Assembly (NCBI GenBank): GCA_040377305.1
Contig: JBEIPA010000002.1
Location: forward strand, 32,001 to 96,000
Origin: Flavobacteriales bacterium
Lineage (GTDB): Bacteria; Bacteroidota; Bacteroidia; Palsa-965
Reading direction: 5' to 3'
DNA length: 64,000 bases
Shown here: piece after piece, positions 9,070 to 18,641 of the stretch
Layout: each line of letters starts with the position of its first letter
How positions within the stretch are numbered: position 1 is the first letter of the stretch
The notes under the pieces: model-generated
What the model was told of the DNA's origin: nothing
Database searches by the model: none
Seen by the model: only the letters and a program-made list of their open reading frames with translations
Made by a program: the position numbers and the translations under genes

Positions 9070-12000
9070 ATGAAAACCAGTCACTTATTTCTCGCCTTCT
9101 TCCTAATCTTCGGAATTCAATCAGGTTTCGCGCAAGCACCAAATTATGTTTGGGCAAAACGAATCGGTGGAACTGACATCGAAACAGGAAGGTCCATCGC
9201 CGTCGATGCAGCTGGAAATTCATATACCACTGGACAGTTTCGCGGGACCGTTGACTTTGACCCGGGCCCGGGAACCGCACTGGTTACAACTCTTGGTGTT
9301 GAGGATATTTTCATCACCAAACTGGACAATGCCGGAAACTATGTGTGGAACAGAAGAATTGGTAGTGCCACCTCGGAATACAGCTACTCAATCGCACTCG
9401 ATCCATCCGGAAATATTTACATAACTGGGCAATTCGCCGGCTCGGTAGATTTCGATCCAGGCGCAGGAGTTGCCACTTTAACTTCATTGGGCTCCTGGGA
9501 CGCATATGTTCTCAAACTTGACGTTTCCGGAAATTTCGTTTGGGCAAGACGATTTGGATCAACCTTAGCTGACATTGGACGTACCGTTACTGCAGATGCT
9601 GCTGGAAATGTTTACACAACCGGAACATACACAGGCACTGTAGATTTTGATCCGGGTGCGGGAACGAGCAATCTCGTAGCAGTTGGTGGTCTAGATGTTT
9701 TTATTTCCAAACTAGACGCAGCAGGGAATTTCGTTTGGGCACAATCAGTTGGTGGTACCGGAGCTGAAGAAGGTCGTGGCCTCATCGTTGATGGCACAGG
9801 CAATGTGTTCCTTTGTGGATACTTCGCTGCCACTGCGGATTTCGATCCAGGTGCGGGGACATTCAATTTAACTTCAGCAGGGTCTAACGACATATATCTG
9901 GTGAAATTAAATTCGGCCGGTACTTTTGTATGGGCTGTGAGCATGGGTGGCACACTTAGTGATGCGGCCGTGTCCATCGCACTCGATGCAGTAGGTAATA
10001 TTCAGATGGGCGGCAGTTTTAATGGCACTGCAGACTTTGATCCGGGTGTTGGAGTCAACAACTTGACTTCCGCCGGTGCTGCCGATATGTTTGTTTTAAA
10101 ATTAAACGCCACCGGATCTTTAATCTGGGTGACGCGAACAGGTGGAACAGGTGATGATAATGCCAATCAGATTGTTCTCGACCCTTTAGACAATGTATAT
10201 ATCGGTGGAGGCTTCAATGCTACGGTAGATTTTGACCCGGGTGCAGGAACTGTCAATCTGGTGTCATCCGGTGGCTTTGATATTTCAATTGCCAAACTGG
10301 ATGCATCCGGAAATTACCTATGGGCAGTTCGTATGGGCGGGATATCAAACGAGGCGGCATATTCAATTGCTTATCATTCCTCCGGCACAATTTACTCCAC
10401 AGGTGCTTTCGATGACGTGGTCGACTTCAATCCTGGTGCAGGCGTAGCAAACTTAACTTCAGCTGGTGCTCAAGAAGTGTTTGTTCAAAAGCTTTGTCAA
10501 CTTGCACCACAACCCGGCGTGATAAGCGGACCTTCACCTATCTGTTCCGGTACAACGAATACGTATAGCATTACACCTGTACCTACTGCGACTACTTATA
10601 CTTGGAGCACACCTGCTGGATGGACAGGTACCTCAACAACAAATAGTATTTCAACTACCGCAAGTTTAACGAGTGGAAATGTATCTGTGGTTGCAAACAA
10701 TGCGTGCGGTGCGTCAGTAGTACGTACGTTAAGCGTCACAGTAACTCCTACTCCTACATTTCCTACAGTAATAACCGGCAACACAAATGTCTGTCCCGGC
10801 TCAACAAACATATATACTATCGGATTCGTTAATGGTGCAACACTTTACACATGGACTTATCCTGTGGGCTGGACAGGTCCTGCAACTTCGACGATTCCAA
10901 GTGTGTCTACAACTGCTGGTCCTAACAGCGGTACAATTTCGGTGACTGCAAGTAACTCGTGCGGGTCTGCTGGTCCGCGAACACTCGTGGTAACGGTTAC
11001 TGCAGGACCAACATCTACCGTTTCTTCGCAAACCAATATTTCCTGTAACGGCGGTACAAACGGTGCTGCAACAGTGCTTGCTTCCGGAGGAACATCACCA
11101 TATACTTATGTATGGGCTCCATCAGGCGGAACTGCGGCCACGGCTACAGGTTTAGCTGCGAACACATACACGTGTACAATCACAGATGCAGCCGGCTGCA
11201 CGCGCGCACAAACGGTTACCATCACGCAACCGTCTGCGCTCGCTTCATCCATTTCCTCGCAAACAAATGTTTCCTGTAACGGAGGCGCGAACGGAGCCGC
11301 AACGGTTTCAGTGAGCGGAGGATCTCCTTTGTACACGTATTCATGGGCACCGAGTGGTGGAACAGCTGCAACTACAACAGGAAGATCAGCAGGAACATAT
11401 ACGTGTACAATTACAGATGCAAACGGGTGTACGCGCACACAAACAGTTTCATTAACACAACCCACCGCAATCACTTCTTCAGTTTCATCACAAACAGGTG
11501 CTTCATGCAATGGCGGATCTAATGGAACTGCTACAGTGCTCGCAGGTGGTGGAATCTCTCCTTACACCTATTCCTGGGCGCCAAGCGGCGGAACTGCAGC
11601 AACAGCAACAGGACTTAGCGCAATTACTTACACCTGTACGATTACAGATGCGAACTCATGTACACGTACACAAACAGTTACGATCACACAGCCTACTGCA
11701 ATCACTTCATCCGTTTCTGCACAAACAAATGTGTTGTGTAACGGAGCAAGCACAGGAGCTGCAACAGTTGCTGTTTCAGGCGGAACACCAGGATACACTT
11801 ACTCATGGGCTCCTTCTGGCGGAACTGCTGCAACAACTACAGCACGACCAGCTGGAATCTATACTTGTACAATAACCGATGCAAGCGGCTGCACACGAAC
11901 GCAAACTGTAAACATCACACAACCAACTGCAATCACTTCTTCGATTTCTGCTTCGACCAACGTGACTTGCAATGGAGGAAACAACGGAACTGCAACTGTT

Positions 12001-14175
12001 CTTGCTGGTGGCGGAACTCCAGGTTATACTTACCTCTGGGCTCCGAGCGGAGGAACAACTGCAACTGCAACCGGATTGTCTGCACTGGTGACTTACACGT
12101 GCACAATTACAGATGCAAACGGATGTACTCGCACACAAACAGTAACGTTAACACAACCTGCGGGAATGTCGTCGTCTGTCGCATCACAAGTAAATGTGTC
12201 GTGCAACGGTGGCGCTAATGGTTCTGCAACAATTACGGTAAGCGGTGGAACTGGTCCTTACACGTATGCTTGGTTACCATCTGGCGGAACAACTGCTTCC
12301 ATCACCGGAAGAACTGCAGGTGTTTATACTTGTACAATCACAGATGCTGGTGGATGTACACGCACACAAACAGTTAACATCGCACAACCTTCCGCTATCA
12401 CTTCTGCGGTTTCATCGCAAACCAACGTTTCGTGTAACGGCGGAAACAACGGCGCAGCTACAATTTCTGTTTCAGGTGGAACTCCGGGATACACTTACTT
12501 GTGGGCTCCTTCCGGCGGAACAACAGCATCAATTACCGGAAGAACATTCGGAACGTATACCTGCACAATCACGGATGCAAACGGATGCACAAGCACACAA
12601 ACCGTAAACATCACACAACCTACTGTGCTTACCGCAGCGATTGCTTCTCAGACTGATGTTTCCTGTAATGGAGGAAGTAATGGTGACATCACTGTTACTG
12701 CATCAGGTGGCACTTCAGGTTACACGTACTTATGGTCACCAAGCGGAGGAACAGCTGCAACTGCAACAGGTTTAACTGCGACGACATACTCCTGTCTGAT
12801 TACTGACGCAAACGGATGTTCAACGACACAAACGGCAACGCTCACACAACCGTCTGCAATCAACGCCACCGTTTCTGCACAAACCGATGTAACGTGCAAC
12901 GGAGGAAGCGATGGTTCTGCAACAATGAACGCAACCGGAGGAGTTGGAGGATTCACATTTGCATGGACTCCAACAGGTGGTAATACTGCAACGGCAACTG
13001 GATTGTCGGCACTTATAACATACACCTGCACAATCACGGATGCAAACGGATGTTCAATTGCACAAACTGTTACGATCACAGAACCGAACGCAATTGCCTC
13101 TTCTGTTTCTTCGCAGACAGATCTCACGTGCAACGGTTCTAACGACGGAGCTGCAACGATTACAGCATCAGGTGGAACAGGCTTACTCAGCTATGACTGG
13201 ACTCCGGGAAATCCAACAGGCGATGGAACTGTTAGCGTTACTGGCTTGTCGGCACAAACATGGACGTGCACAATCACAGACGCAAACATGTGTATGCATA
13301 CGCAGGTAGTTACTATCACAGAACCAACCGCTGTAACAACATCTGTGACTTCACAAACTGATCCAACCTGTAATGCAGGCAACGATGGAACTGCTGACAT
13401 TGCTGCTACAGGTGGCGTAGGAAACTTCACATATCTCTGGTCACCTTCGGGTGGAACTGCCGCAACTGCAACAGGACTTGCTGCAGGATCATATACTTGT
13501 CTTGTTACAGATGCAAACGGATGCGCAGCTTCAGAAATTATCACACTTAGTGAGCCTGCCGCAATCACGTCTTCGCAAACTGTAACACTTTGTGCGGGAC
13601 AAACGCTTACAGTTGGTGCATCGACTTACACGGTAACCGGAATTTACAATGAAACACTTACTGCGCTGAACGGTTGCGATAGCACAGTAACAACTGACCT
13701 CACTATTAACGCTTCAATTGATGTGTCCACAACTGTAGTCGGAAACACTGCAACTGCAAACCAGAATGGTGCAACTTACCAGTGGATCGATTGTCTCAAC
13801 AGCAATGCACCACTTGCAGGAGAAACGAATCAGTCATTGACACCGGCAGTGAGTGGAGACTATGCAGTAATTGTAACAGTTGGTTCATGTAGCGACACCA
13901 GTGCGTGCACGAATGTCATCACCGGAATAGATGCGCTTGAAGTAAATAACTTTAGCGTGTATCCGAATCCAACAAACGGAGTCGTTACAATTCAGCTGAA
14001 TACATTCTCACCGAATGCACAGATCGAAGTATTCAACGCACTTGGTCAGATGGTAATCACCGCGAAGCCTACGAACACAGTTACAACGGTTGAACTTCCT
14101 GAAGACAACGGAATCTATCTCGTGCGAGTAACGATCAATGGAATGAGCACAACGCAGAAAGTGATTAAAGAGTAA
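9070..14175 (+). CDS. Large T9SS-secreted adhesin-like protein: 7 SBBP (DFDPG) propeller repeats, 2 PKD-like domains, 11 SprB repeats, T9SS CTD
   Basis: Start moved to ATG 9070 (MKTSHL.. signal peptide); seven DF[DN]PG repeats; eleven CNG...[IV]TDA.[GSM]C repeats; VYPNPTNG...GIYLVRV CTD. Confidence 0.9.
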   Translation: MKTSHLFLAFFLIFGIQSGFAQAPNYVWAKRIGGTDIETGRSIAVDAAGNSYTTGQFRGTVDFDPGPGTALVTTLGVEDIFITKLDNAGNYVWNRRIGSATSEYSYSIALDPSGNIYITGQFAGSVDFDPGAGVATLTSLGSWDAYVLKLDVSGNFVWARRFGSTLADIGRTVTADAAGNVYTTGTYTGTVDFDPGAGTSNLVAVGGLDVFISKLDAAGNFVWAQSVGGTGAEEGRGLIVDGTGNVFLCGYFAATADFDPGAGTFNLTSAGSNDIYLVKLNSAGTFVWAVSMGGTLSDAAVSIALDAVGNIQMGGSFNGTADFDPGVGVNNLTSAGAADMFVLKLNATGSLIWVTRTGGTGDDNANQIVLDPLDNVYIGGGFNATVDFDPGAGTVNLVSSGGFDISIAKLDASGNYLWAVRMGGISNEAAYSIAYHSSGTIYSTGAFDDVVDFNPGAGVANLTSAGAQEVFVQKLCQLAPQPGVISGPSPICSGTTNTYSITPVPTATTYTWSTPAGWTGTSTTNSISTTASLTSGNVSVVANNACGASVVRTLSVTVTPTPTFPTVITGNTNVCPGSTNIYTIGFVNGATLYTWTYPVGWTGPATSTIPSVSTTAGPNSGTISVTASNSCGSAGPRTLVVTVTAGPTSTVSSQTNISCNGGTNGAATVLASGGTSPYTYVWAPSGGTAATATGLAANTYTCTITDAAGCTRAQTVTITQPSALASSISSQTNVSCNGGANGAATVSVSGGSPLYTYSWAPSGGTAATTTGRSAGTYTCTITDANGCTRTQTVSLTQPTAITSSVSSQTGASCNGGSNGTATVLAGGGISPYTYSWAPSGGTAATATGLSAITYTCTITDANSCTRTQTVTITQPTAITSSVSAQTNVLCNGASTGAATVAVSGGTPGYTYSWAPSGGTAATTTARPAGIYTCTITDASGCTRTQTVNITQPTAITSSISASTNVTCNGGNNGTATVLAGGGTPGYTYLWAPSGGTTATATGLSALVTYTCTITDANGCTRTQTVTLTQPAGMSSSVASQVNVSCNGGANGSATITVSGGTGPYTYAWLPSGGTTASITGRTAGVYTCTITDAGGCTRTQTVNIAQPSAITSAVSSQTNVSCNGGNNGAATISVSGGTPGYTYLWAPSGGTTASITGRTFGTYTCTITDANGCTSTQTVNITQPTVLTAAIASQTDVSCNGGSNGDITVTASGGTSGYTYLWSPSGGTAATATGLTATTYSCLITDANGCSTTQTATLTQPSAINATVSAQTDVTCNGGSDGSATMNATGGVGGFTFAWTPTGGNTATATGLSALITYTCTITDANGCSIAQTVTITEPNAIASSVSSQTDLTCNGSNDGAATITASGGTGLLSYDWTPGNPTGDGTVSVTGLSAQTWTCTITDANMCMHTQVVTITEPTAVTTSVTSQTDPTCNAGNDGTADIAATGGVGNFTYLWSPSGGTAATATGLAAGSYTCLVTDANGCAASEIITLSEPAAITSSQTVTLCAGQTLTVGASTYTVTGIYNETLTALNGCDSTVTTDLTINASIDVSTTVVGNTATANQNGATYQWIDCLNSNAPLAGETNQSLTPAVSGDYAVIVTVGSCSDTSACTNVITGIDALEVNNFSVYPNPTNGVVTIQLNTFSPNAQIEVFNALGQMVITAKPTNTVTTVELPEDNGIYLVRVTINGMSTTQKVIKE

Positions 14176-14204
14176 TCTCAACAAATCCGCATAGCCCGTA
14201 TGAG

Positions 14205-14235
14205 AAGGGAAGATCGAAAGGTCTTCCCTTTTTTT
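14205..14235 (+). terminator. Rho-independent terminator (GAAA tetraloop)
   Basis: AAGGGAAGATC-GAAA-GGTCTTCCCTT plus T tract. Confidence 0.85.
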
Positions 14236-14237
14236 GT

Positions 14238-14305
14238 CCGTTCCTGAACGAAATCGGCTGTTCCTGAACGAAATCTACCCATTGCCTGAGCTCTGACTAA
14301 GTTTG
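14238..14305 (+). promoter_or_regulatory. Putative LytTR-box promoter
   Basis: CCGTTCCTGAA (14238) and CTGTTCCTGAA (14258); GTTCCTGAACGAAATC is an exact direct repeat; perfect TAAGTTTG at 14298. Confidence 0.7.
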
Positions 14306-14328
14306 AAGAAGCAATAATCCATCTCAGC

Positions 14329-16701
14329 ATGAAAAAGATTCTACTATTCACCACAATGTTGTTTAGCTCTGCCATTGCGAACGCGCAAACATTCGGCTGG
14401 GCAGGAAGTCTAGGTAGCGGAAGCAACGAAGAAGGACGTGGTGTTGCCGTTGACGCCAGCGGAAATGTTTACTCAGTTGGTTATTTTACTGGTTCAGGCG
14501 ACTTTGATCCGGGTCCGGGTGTTACGACTCTAACGTCTGGTGGTTCTAACGACGTTTATGTTTCAAAACTGGATGCGTCAGGGAATTTTGTGTGGGCAAT
14601 ACGAATGGGAGGCACCGGGCCTCAAACCGGAGTTGCCATTGCTTTGGATAATTCAGGCAACGTTTACATCACCGGAAACTTCAATAACACAATTGACATG
14701 GATCCGGGTGCAGGTGTTGTAAATATTACTTCACTGGGAGCACAGGATATTTTCATTGGTAAATATGATCCGTCGGGAAACCATGTTTGGTCGAAGCGCT
14801 TTGGAAGTGCATTTCATGAGGCGGCGGCCAATATCACTGTTGACGCTTCGGGCAATGTCCTGACCTGCGGTTTGTTTACCGGAACCACAGATTTTGACCC
14901 GGGCGCTGGTACAGTCAATCTTACTGCAAGTACAGTAAGTGATGGGTACATTTCCAAATTGGATGCGAATGGTAACTATGTTTGGGCAAAACAAATTGGA
15001 TTGAGCGGATCGAATACTCCTACTTCAATAAAGTGTGATGGCTCTGGAAATATTTACCTCACCGGTGGATATGAGAGCACCACCGACTTTGATCCGGGCG
15101 CAGGATCGTATCCAATAACTTCTGCCGGATCAGTGGATATATTTTTTCTGAAGCTGGATACCAATGGCGACTTCAGCTGGGCTGGAAGCATGGGCGGAAC
15201 TTCGTATGACCTCGGACGTTCCCTTGCGATTGATGCAGGCGGCAATGTCGTAATGACCGGCGAATTTCAAGGAACTGCAGATCTAGATCCCACCGTTGGA
15301 GTCTACAATCTAACTTCCTTCGCGATCAAGGACATTTTCATTGCAAAATTTAATCCTGCTACGGCTACCTTCATATGGTCGGTAATGGTTGGCGAGACCT
15401 ATAATGACATTGGCTATAGCATCGCTACAGATGCCAGCAATAATATTTATCTGACTGGTGATTTTACCGGTACAGTTGATTTTGATCCAGGTGCAGGAAG
15501 CGTTTTACTTACATCTGACGGCAACCAAAAAGATTGTTTTATCCTCAAGCTCGATGCCTCCGGAAATTATATGTGGGCTGGCAAATTCGGTTCTTCATTC
15601 TTAGCTGATGCTGCCTATTCCATTTATGTAGACGCTTCCACAAATATTTACACCACAGGATCTTATCAGGACGTGGTTGATTTTGACCCGGGAGTTGGTA
15701 CAAACATTCTCACTTCGGGCGGTCAGGTAGACGTATACGTTCTGAAGTTAGAACAATGCGTTGCACCAGTAGCACCTATGAATACAACACCTGCAGCATC
15801 ATTAACTGTGTGCGGACCCGGTTCCACTACACTCACAGCAAGTGGCTCCGGCACCTTGGGTTGGTATTCTGCTTCTACAGGAGGAACCTATCTGGGTGGA
15901 GGCACAAGTTTCACAACTCCTGTTCTAAGCAATGACACGGTTTACTATGTACAAGACAGCACGTGTGTTGACGGACCACGCACAGCAGTTACTGTTACGT
16001 TCAATCCGGCAATGAGCACCTCTGTTTCTTCCCAAACGAATGTTACGTGCTTTGGAGGAATTGATGGCAACGCAGGAGTAAGCGTGAGTGGCGGAACACC
16101 AAACTACTCGTATCTATGGACACCGTCCGGTGGAACGCAACCTGTAGAATTTAACATGAGTGCAGGAACATACACCTGCACAGTTACCGATGCTGCAGGT
16201 TGTACCACTGCGCAAATTGTTACGATCACAGAGCCAGGTGCAATTGACGTTACGACAACACTGAACGGCAACATGCTTTCTGCAAATCAGAATGGCGCAA
16301 CGTATCAGTGGATCGATTGTCTCAACGGTAACGCACCAGTTGCAGGAGAAACCAATCAGACCTTTACTCCACAAGCGAACGGAGACTATGCAGTAATTGT
16401 AACTGTTGGTCCGTGCAGCGATACCAGTGCTTGCACAAATGTGATCACAGGAATCGACGCGCATGATAACGTTGCATTCAACCTGTATCCGAATCCGACA
16501 AACGGAATCGTTACCATTCAGCTGAACACATTCTCACCGAATGCACAGATCGAAGTATTCAATGCACTTGGTCAGATGGTAATCACTGCGAAACCAACAA
16601 ACACAGTTACTACAGTTGAACTTCCTAAAGAAAATGGAATCTATCTCGTGCGTATAACATGTGATGGAGTGAGCAGCACAACGCGTGTGGTGAAAGAATA
16701 G
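14329..16701 (+). CDS. T9SS-secreted SBBP-repeat propeller protein with Ig-like domain, one SprB repeat and T9SS CTD (paralog of 9070-14175)
   Basis: Signal peptide; seven DFDPG-like repeats; WYSASTGG...YYVQ Ig-like module; LYPNPTNG CTD nearly identical to the upstream paralog. Confidence 0.9.
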   Translation: MKKILLFTTMLFSSAIANAQTFGWAGSLGSGSNEEGRGVAVDASGNVYSVGYFTGSGDFDPGPGVTTLTSGGSNDVYVSKLDASGNFVWAIRMGGTGPQTGVAIALDNSGNVYITGNFNNTIDMDPGAGVVNITSLGAQDIFIGKYDPSGNHVWSKRFGSAFHEAAANITVDASGNVLTCGLFTGTTDFDPGAGTVNLTASTVSDGYISKLDANGNYVWAKQIGLSGSNTPTSIKCDGSGNIYLTGGYESTTDFDPGAGSYPITSAGSVDIFFLKLDTNGDFSWAGSMGGTSYDLGRSLAIDAGGNVVMTGEFQGTADLDPTVGVYNLTSFAIKDIFIAKFNPATATFIWSVMVGETYNDIGYSIATDASNNIYLTGDFTGTVDFDPGAGSVLLTSDGNQKDCFILKLDASGNYMWAGKFGSSFLADAAYSIYVDASTNIYTTGSYQDVVDFDPGVGTNILTSGGQVDVYVLKLEQCVAPVAPMNTTPAASLTVCGPGSTTLTASGSGTLGWYSASTGGTYLGGGTSFTTPVLSNDTVYYVQDSTCVDGPRTAVTVTFNPAMSTSVSSQTNVTCFGGIDGNAGVSVSGGTPNYSYLWTPSGGTQPVEFNMSAGTYTCTVTDAAGCTTAQIVTITEPGAIDVTTTLNGNMLSANQNGATYQWIDCLNGNAPVAGETNQTFTPQANGDYAVIVTVGPCSDTSACTNVITGIDAHDNVAFNLYPNPTNGIVTIQLNTFSPNAQIEVFNALGQMVITAKPTNTVTTVELPKENGIYLVRITCDGVSSTTRVVKE

Positions 16702-16726
16702 TTTCTAAACAGATATTCCCCCTCTG

Positions 16727-16759
16727 AAAGGAAAGATCGAAAGGTCTTTCCTTTTTTTG
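16727..16759 (+). terminator. Rho-independent terminator; contains the left copy of a 27-bp direct repeat (16733-16759)
   Basis: AAAGGAAAGATC-GAAA-GGTCTTTCCTTTTTTT. Confidence 0.85.
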
Positions 16760-16783
16760 CTAAGTGCAACCGTAACTTATCAT

Positions 16784-17434
16784 TTAACGTTTCTTCTTCT
16801 TCAACGGCTTAAAATACGGTCGTGATTTTACCGTTACAGGGGCACTCGCAATGTAATTTGTCCCGGTACTTCCTGTCACAATTGATAGCTCTGCATATGT
16901 TGTGGTACCAGACGACACGGAATTACCATATCCATAAACCACAGAATAAGATTCTGATCTCTTTGTAGGAGGATATTTTTCAGTCGCTAAACTTTCCGTT
17001 CGCAACTTCGCGTAAGCTGCCTTAAAATCTTCAAAAAAATCTTCAAGTACAAACTGAGTCTTTCCATCAATCACATCTAAGTGCTTAGGAGAAGAATCCG
17101 GATGACAACAACGTGAAGTTAGTAAGACGGAATCGCCCGTTCGGTACTGATGAAGTAATGGTCCCCGCAGTTGCTCAAATATCCATTGTGCATTCTTCTG
17201 ATACCACTCATTTTCAAACAATGTTTTAAGCGAACGTTCAAATCTATTTTTTGATTCTCCGTACTTGTTATGCGGTGAGGAATCTGAGAATGAACCTAAA
17301 TACTCAATTCCTGTACAAATTGCCATGAATGCTTGAAAGTCAATTTTTGAATCAATTAATGATTGAACCAACGATACAATCACCTCGCCGTGTCCGATAG
17401 CATTAGTCTCGTACTTAATCACCAATTTGTTCAT
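16784..17434 (-). CDS. Putative HEPN-like (RxxxxH) protein
   Basis: ATG at 17434 (TTG 17452 alternative); helical AFMAICTGIEYLG...RFERSLKTLF...IFEQLRGPLLHQY with R-x4-H; low-complexity Ser/Thr/Gly tail ending KKKKR. Confidence 0.55.
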   Translation of the reverse strand: MNKLVIKYETNAIGHGEVIVSLVQSLIDSKIDFQAFMAICTGIEYLGSFSDSSPHNKYGESKNRFERSLKTLFENEWYQKNAQWIFEQLRGPLLHQYRTGDSVLLTSRCCHPDSSPKHLDVIDGKTQFVLEDFFEDFKAAYAKLRTESLATEKYPPTKRSESYSVVYGYGNSVSSGTTTYAELSIVTGSTGTNYIASAPVTVKSRPYFKPLKKKKR

Positions 17435-17485
17435 GAATTCGAATATTCTCAAGAAAATAAATATAGTTGCGGTCTATTAATGAGG

Positions 17486-18229
17486 TTACACCAGCTTATT
17501 GTCGAGCGCATATTTTTTCCCGAGAGGAGTGATCCAGATTGCCTCCGAAACTCCAGTAAAACTAATCAGCTTTTCTGATTTCGCTTGATCAAGCGCCACA
17601 TCTATCATCGTTCGAGACATCCCTGGAATCATAGAACGAACCTCACTGTACACAACAAACTCTCGCTGACCATGTTCAAAAATTTGAATCATCACTCGCA
17701 TAACCTCCATCAATGTATCGTGCTGCGGCGTTTTACTTCCTACTGCAACTGGTGAGAATGGCTTGTAACCTATTTCTGGCTTTTTAAACAATGGGGCATC
17801 ATGTATTTTCCTCAACAGTTCATCTGACGCATATTCATAATCATCATCCTTTGAATAATTTATGTACAGTTTAGATTTCAAAAATGTCGGAACTTCAGTT
17901 GTACCACTTTGACGTATAACAGGAATAATTTTACTCTCACTAATACTCTTCATTAGACTTGAAGTAATTATCATCTTTTCATACCCAACGCCACCACTAC
18001 CAGCATTCGCTTTCTCAACATACTTACTCGTACATATCATCAATATATAGTCTGCCTTGGCAAGATTGCTTTCCATAAAATGAGGGACGTCATCACCTGC
18101 GGTTAAATCCCACTGATCCAAAGTTGCATCAACTCCGTTCTGTCTTAAGCGGGTTGCCAATTCTAGAACCCACTTTTTATGATCAAGTGAATCGTGCGAA
18201 TAAGAAACAAATACTTTGGGGATTTTCAT
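17486..18229 (-). CDS. TIR/SEFIR domain protein with C-terminal winged-helix-like domain
   Basis: ATG at 18229; PKVFVSYSHDS..HKKWV..LATRLR.NGVD..LDQWDL..G; GGVGYE with conserved Glu; KIIPVIR; tail ITPLGKKY resembles a wHTH wing. Confidence 0.85.
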   Translation of the reverse strand: MKIPKVFVSYSHDSLDHKKWVLELATRLRQNGVDATLDQWDLTAGDDVPHFMESNLAKADYILMICTSKYVEKANAGSGGVGYEKMIITSSLMKSISESKIIPVIRQSGTTEVPTFLKSKLYINYSKDDDYEYASDELLRKIHDAPLFKKPEIGYKPFSPVAVGSKTPQHDTLMEVMRVMIQIFEHGQREFVVYSEVRSMIPGMSRTMIDVALDQAKSEKLISFTGVSEAIWITPLGKKYALDNKLV

Positions 18230-18281
18230 ATTGGATAAATATATTCTAACACGAAATAATTTGACGACAGTCAAAAACGAG

Positions 18282-18641
18282 TTATTGCGGCAAAGATGTC
18301 TTCCATGTATTTATCTCAAACAGAACTGCACAATCACCTACCTCGTTCCACATAGTTTTTTGCTTACCCCAGAAGTAAAAGTGATTAGTCGTTCCGTCTG
18401 CATTCTTGCTCTCAGTATTAGTTCCCGTGCCGGAATATATAATAACATGATCGCCAGACTTAACCTTCTTTGGTTTGAACCAAAATGCATCTTTCTGAGA
18501 ATTGGAAATCGTCGAAGCGCTAGAATAAACTGTGTCAAAAATTATGTAGTAGACAAGATCAGCGTCCTCAAGAACCCTTAAGTGCAGTCGCTCCTTGCTA
18601 GCTACCCCACGATCAGCAATTTGTATGATATCTAATTTCAT
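18282..18641 (-). CDS. Small all-beta protein, lamin-tail-domain (LTD)-like
   Basis: 119 aa; ERLHL...FWF....VKSGDHVIIYSGTG......FYFWG....MWNEVGDCAVL resembles the LTD pattern; no signal peptide. Confidence 0.6.
   Translation of the reverse strand: MKLDIIQIADRGVASKERLHLRVLEDADLVYYIIFDTVYSSASTISNSQKDAFWFKPKKVKSGDHVIIYSGTGTNTESKNADGTTNHFYFWGKQKTMWNEVGDCAVLFEINTWKTSLPQ

Noticed and set aside
11020-13560. Periodic DNA repeats and many overlapping small ORFs
   Set aside because: Explained by the 11 coding SprB repeats. Not CRISPR (no identical repeats with unique spacers) and not a DGR (no reverse transcriptase).
14240-14275. Exact 16-bp direct repeat as a mini-CRISPR or att site
   Set aside because: Only two copies with a 4-bp gap; better explained as the regulator-binding direct repeat.
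13960-16652. Near-identical segments as a possible DGR template/variable repeat pair
   Set aside because: Both copies are in-frame coding T9SS CTDs, differences are mostly third-position and not adenine-specific, and no reverse transcriptase is in the window.
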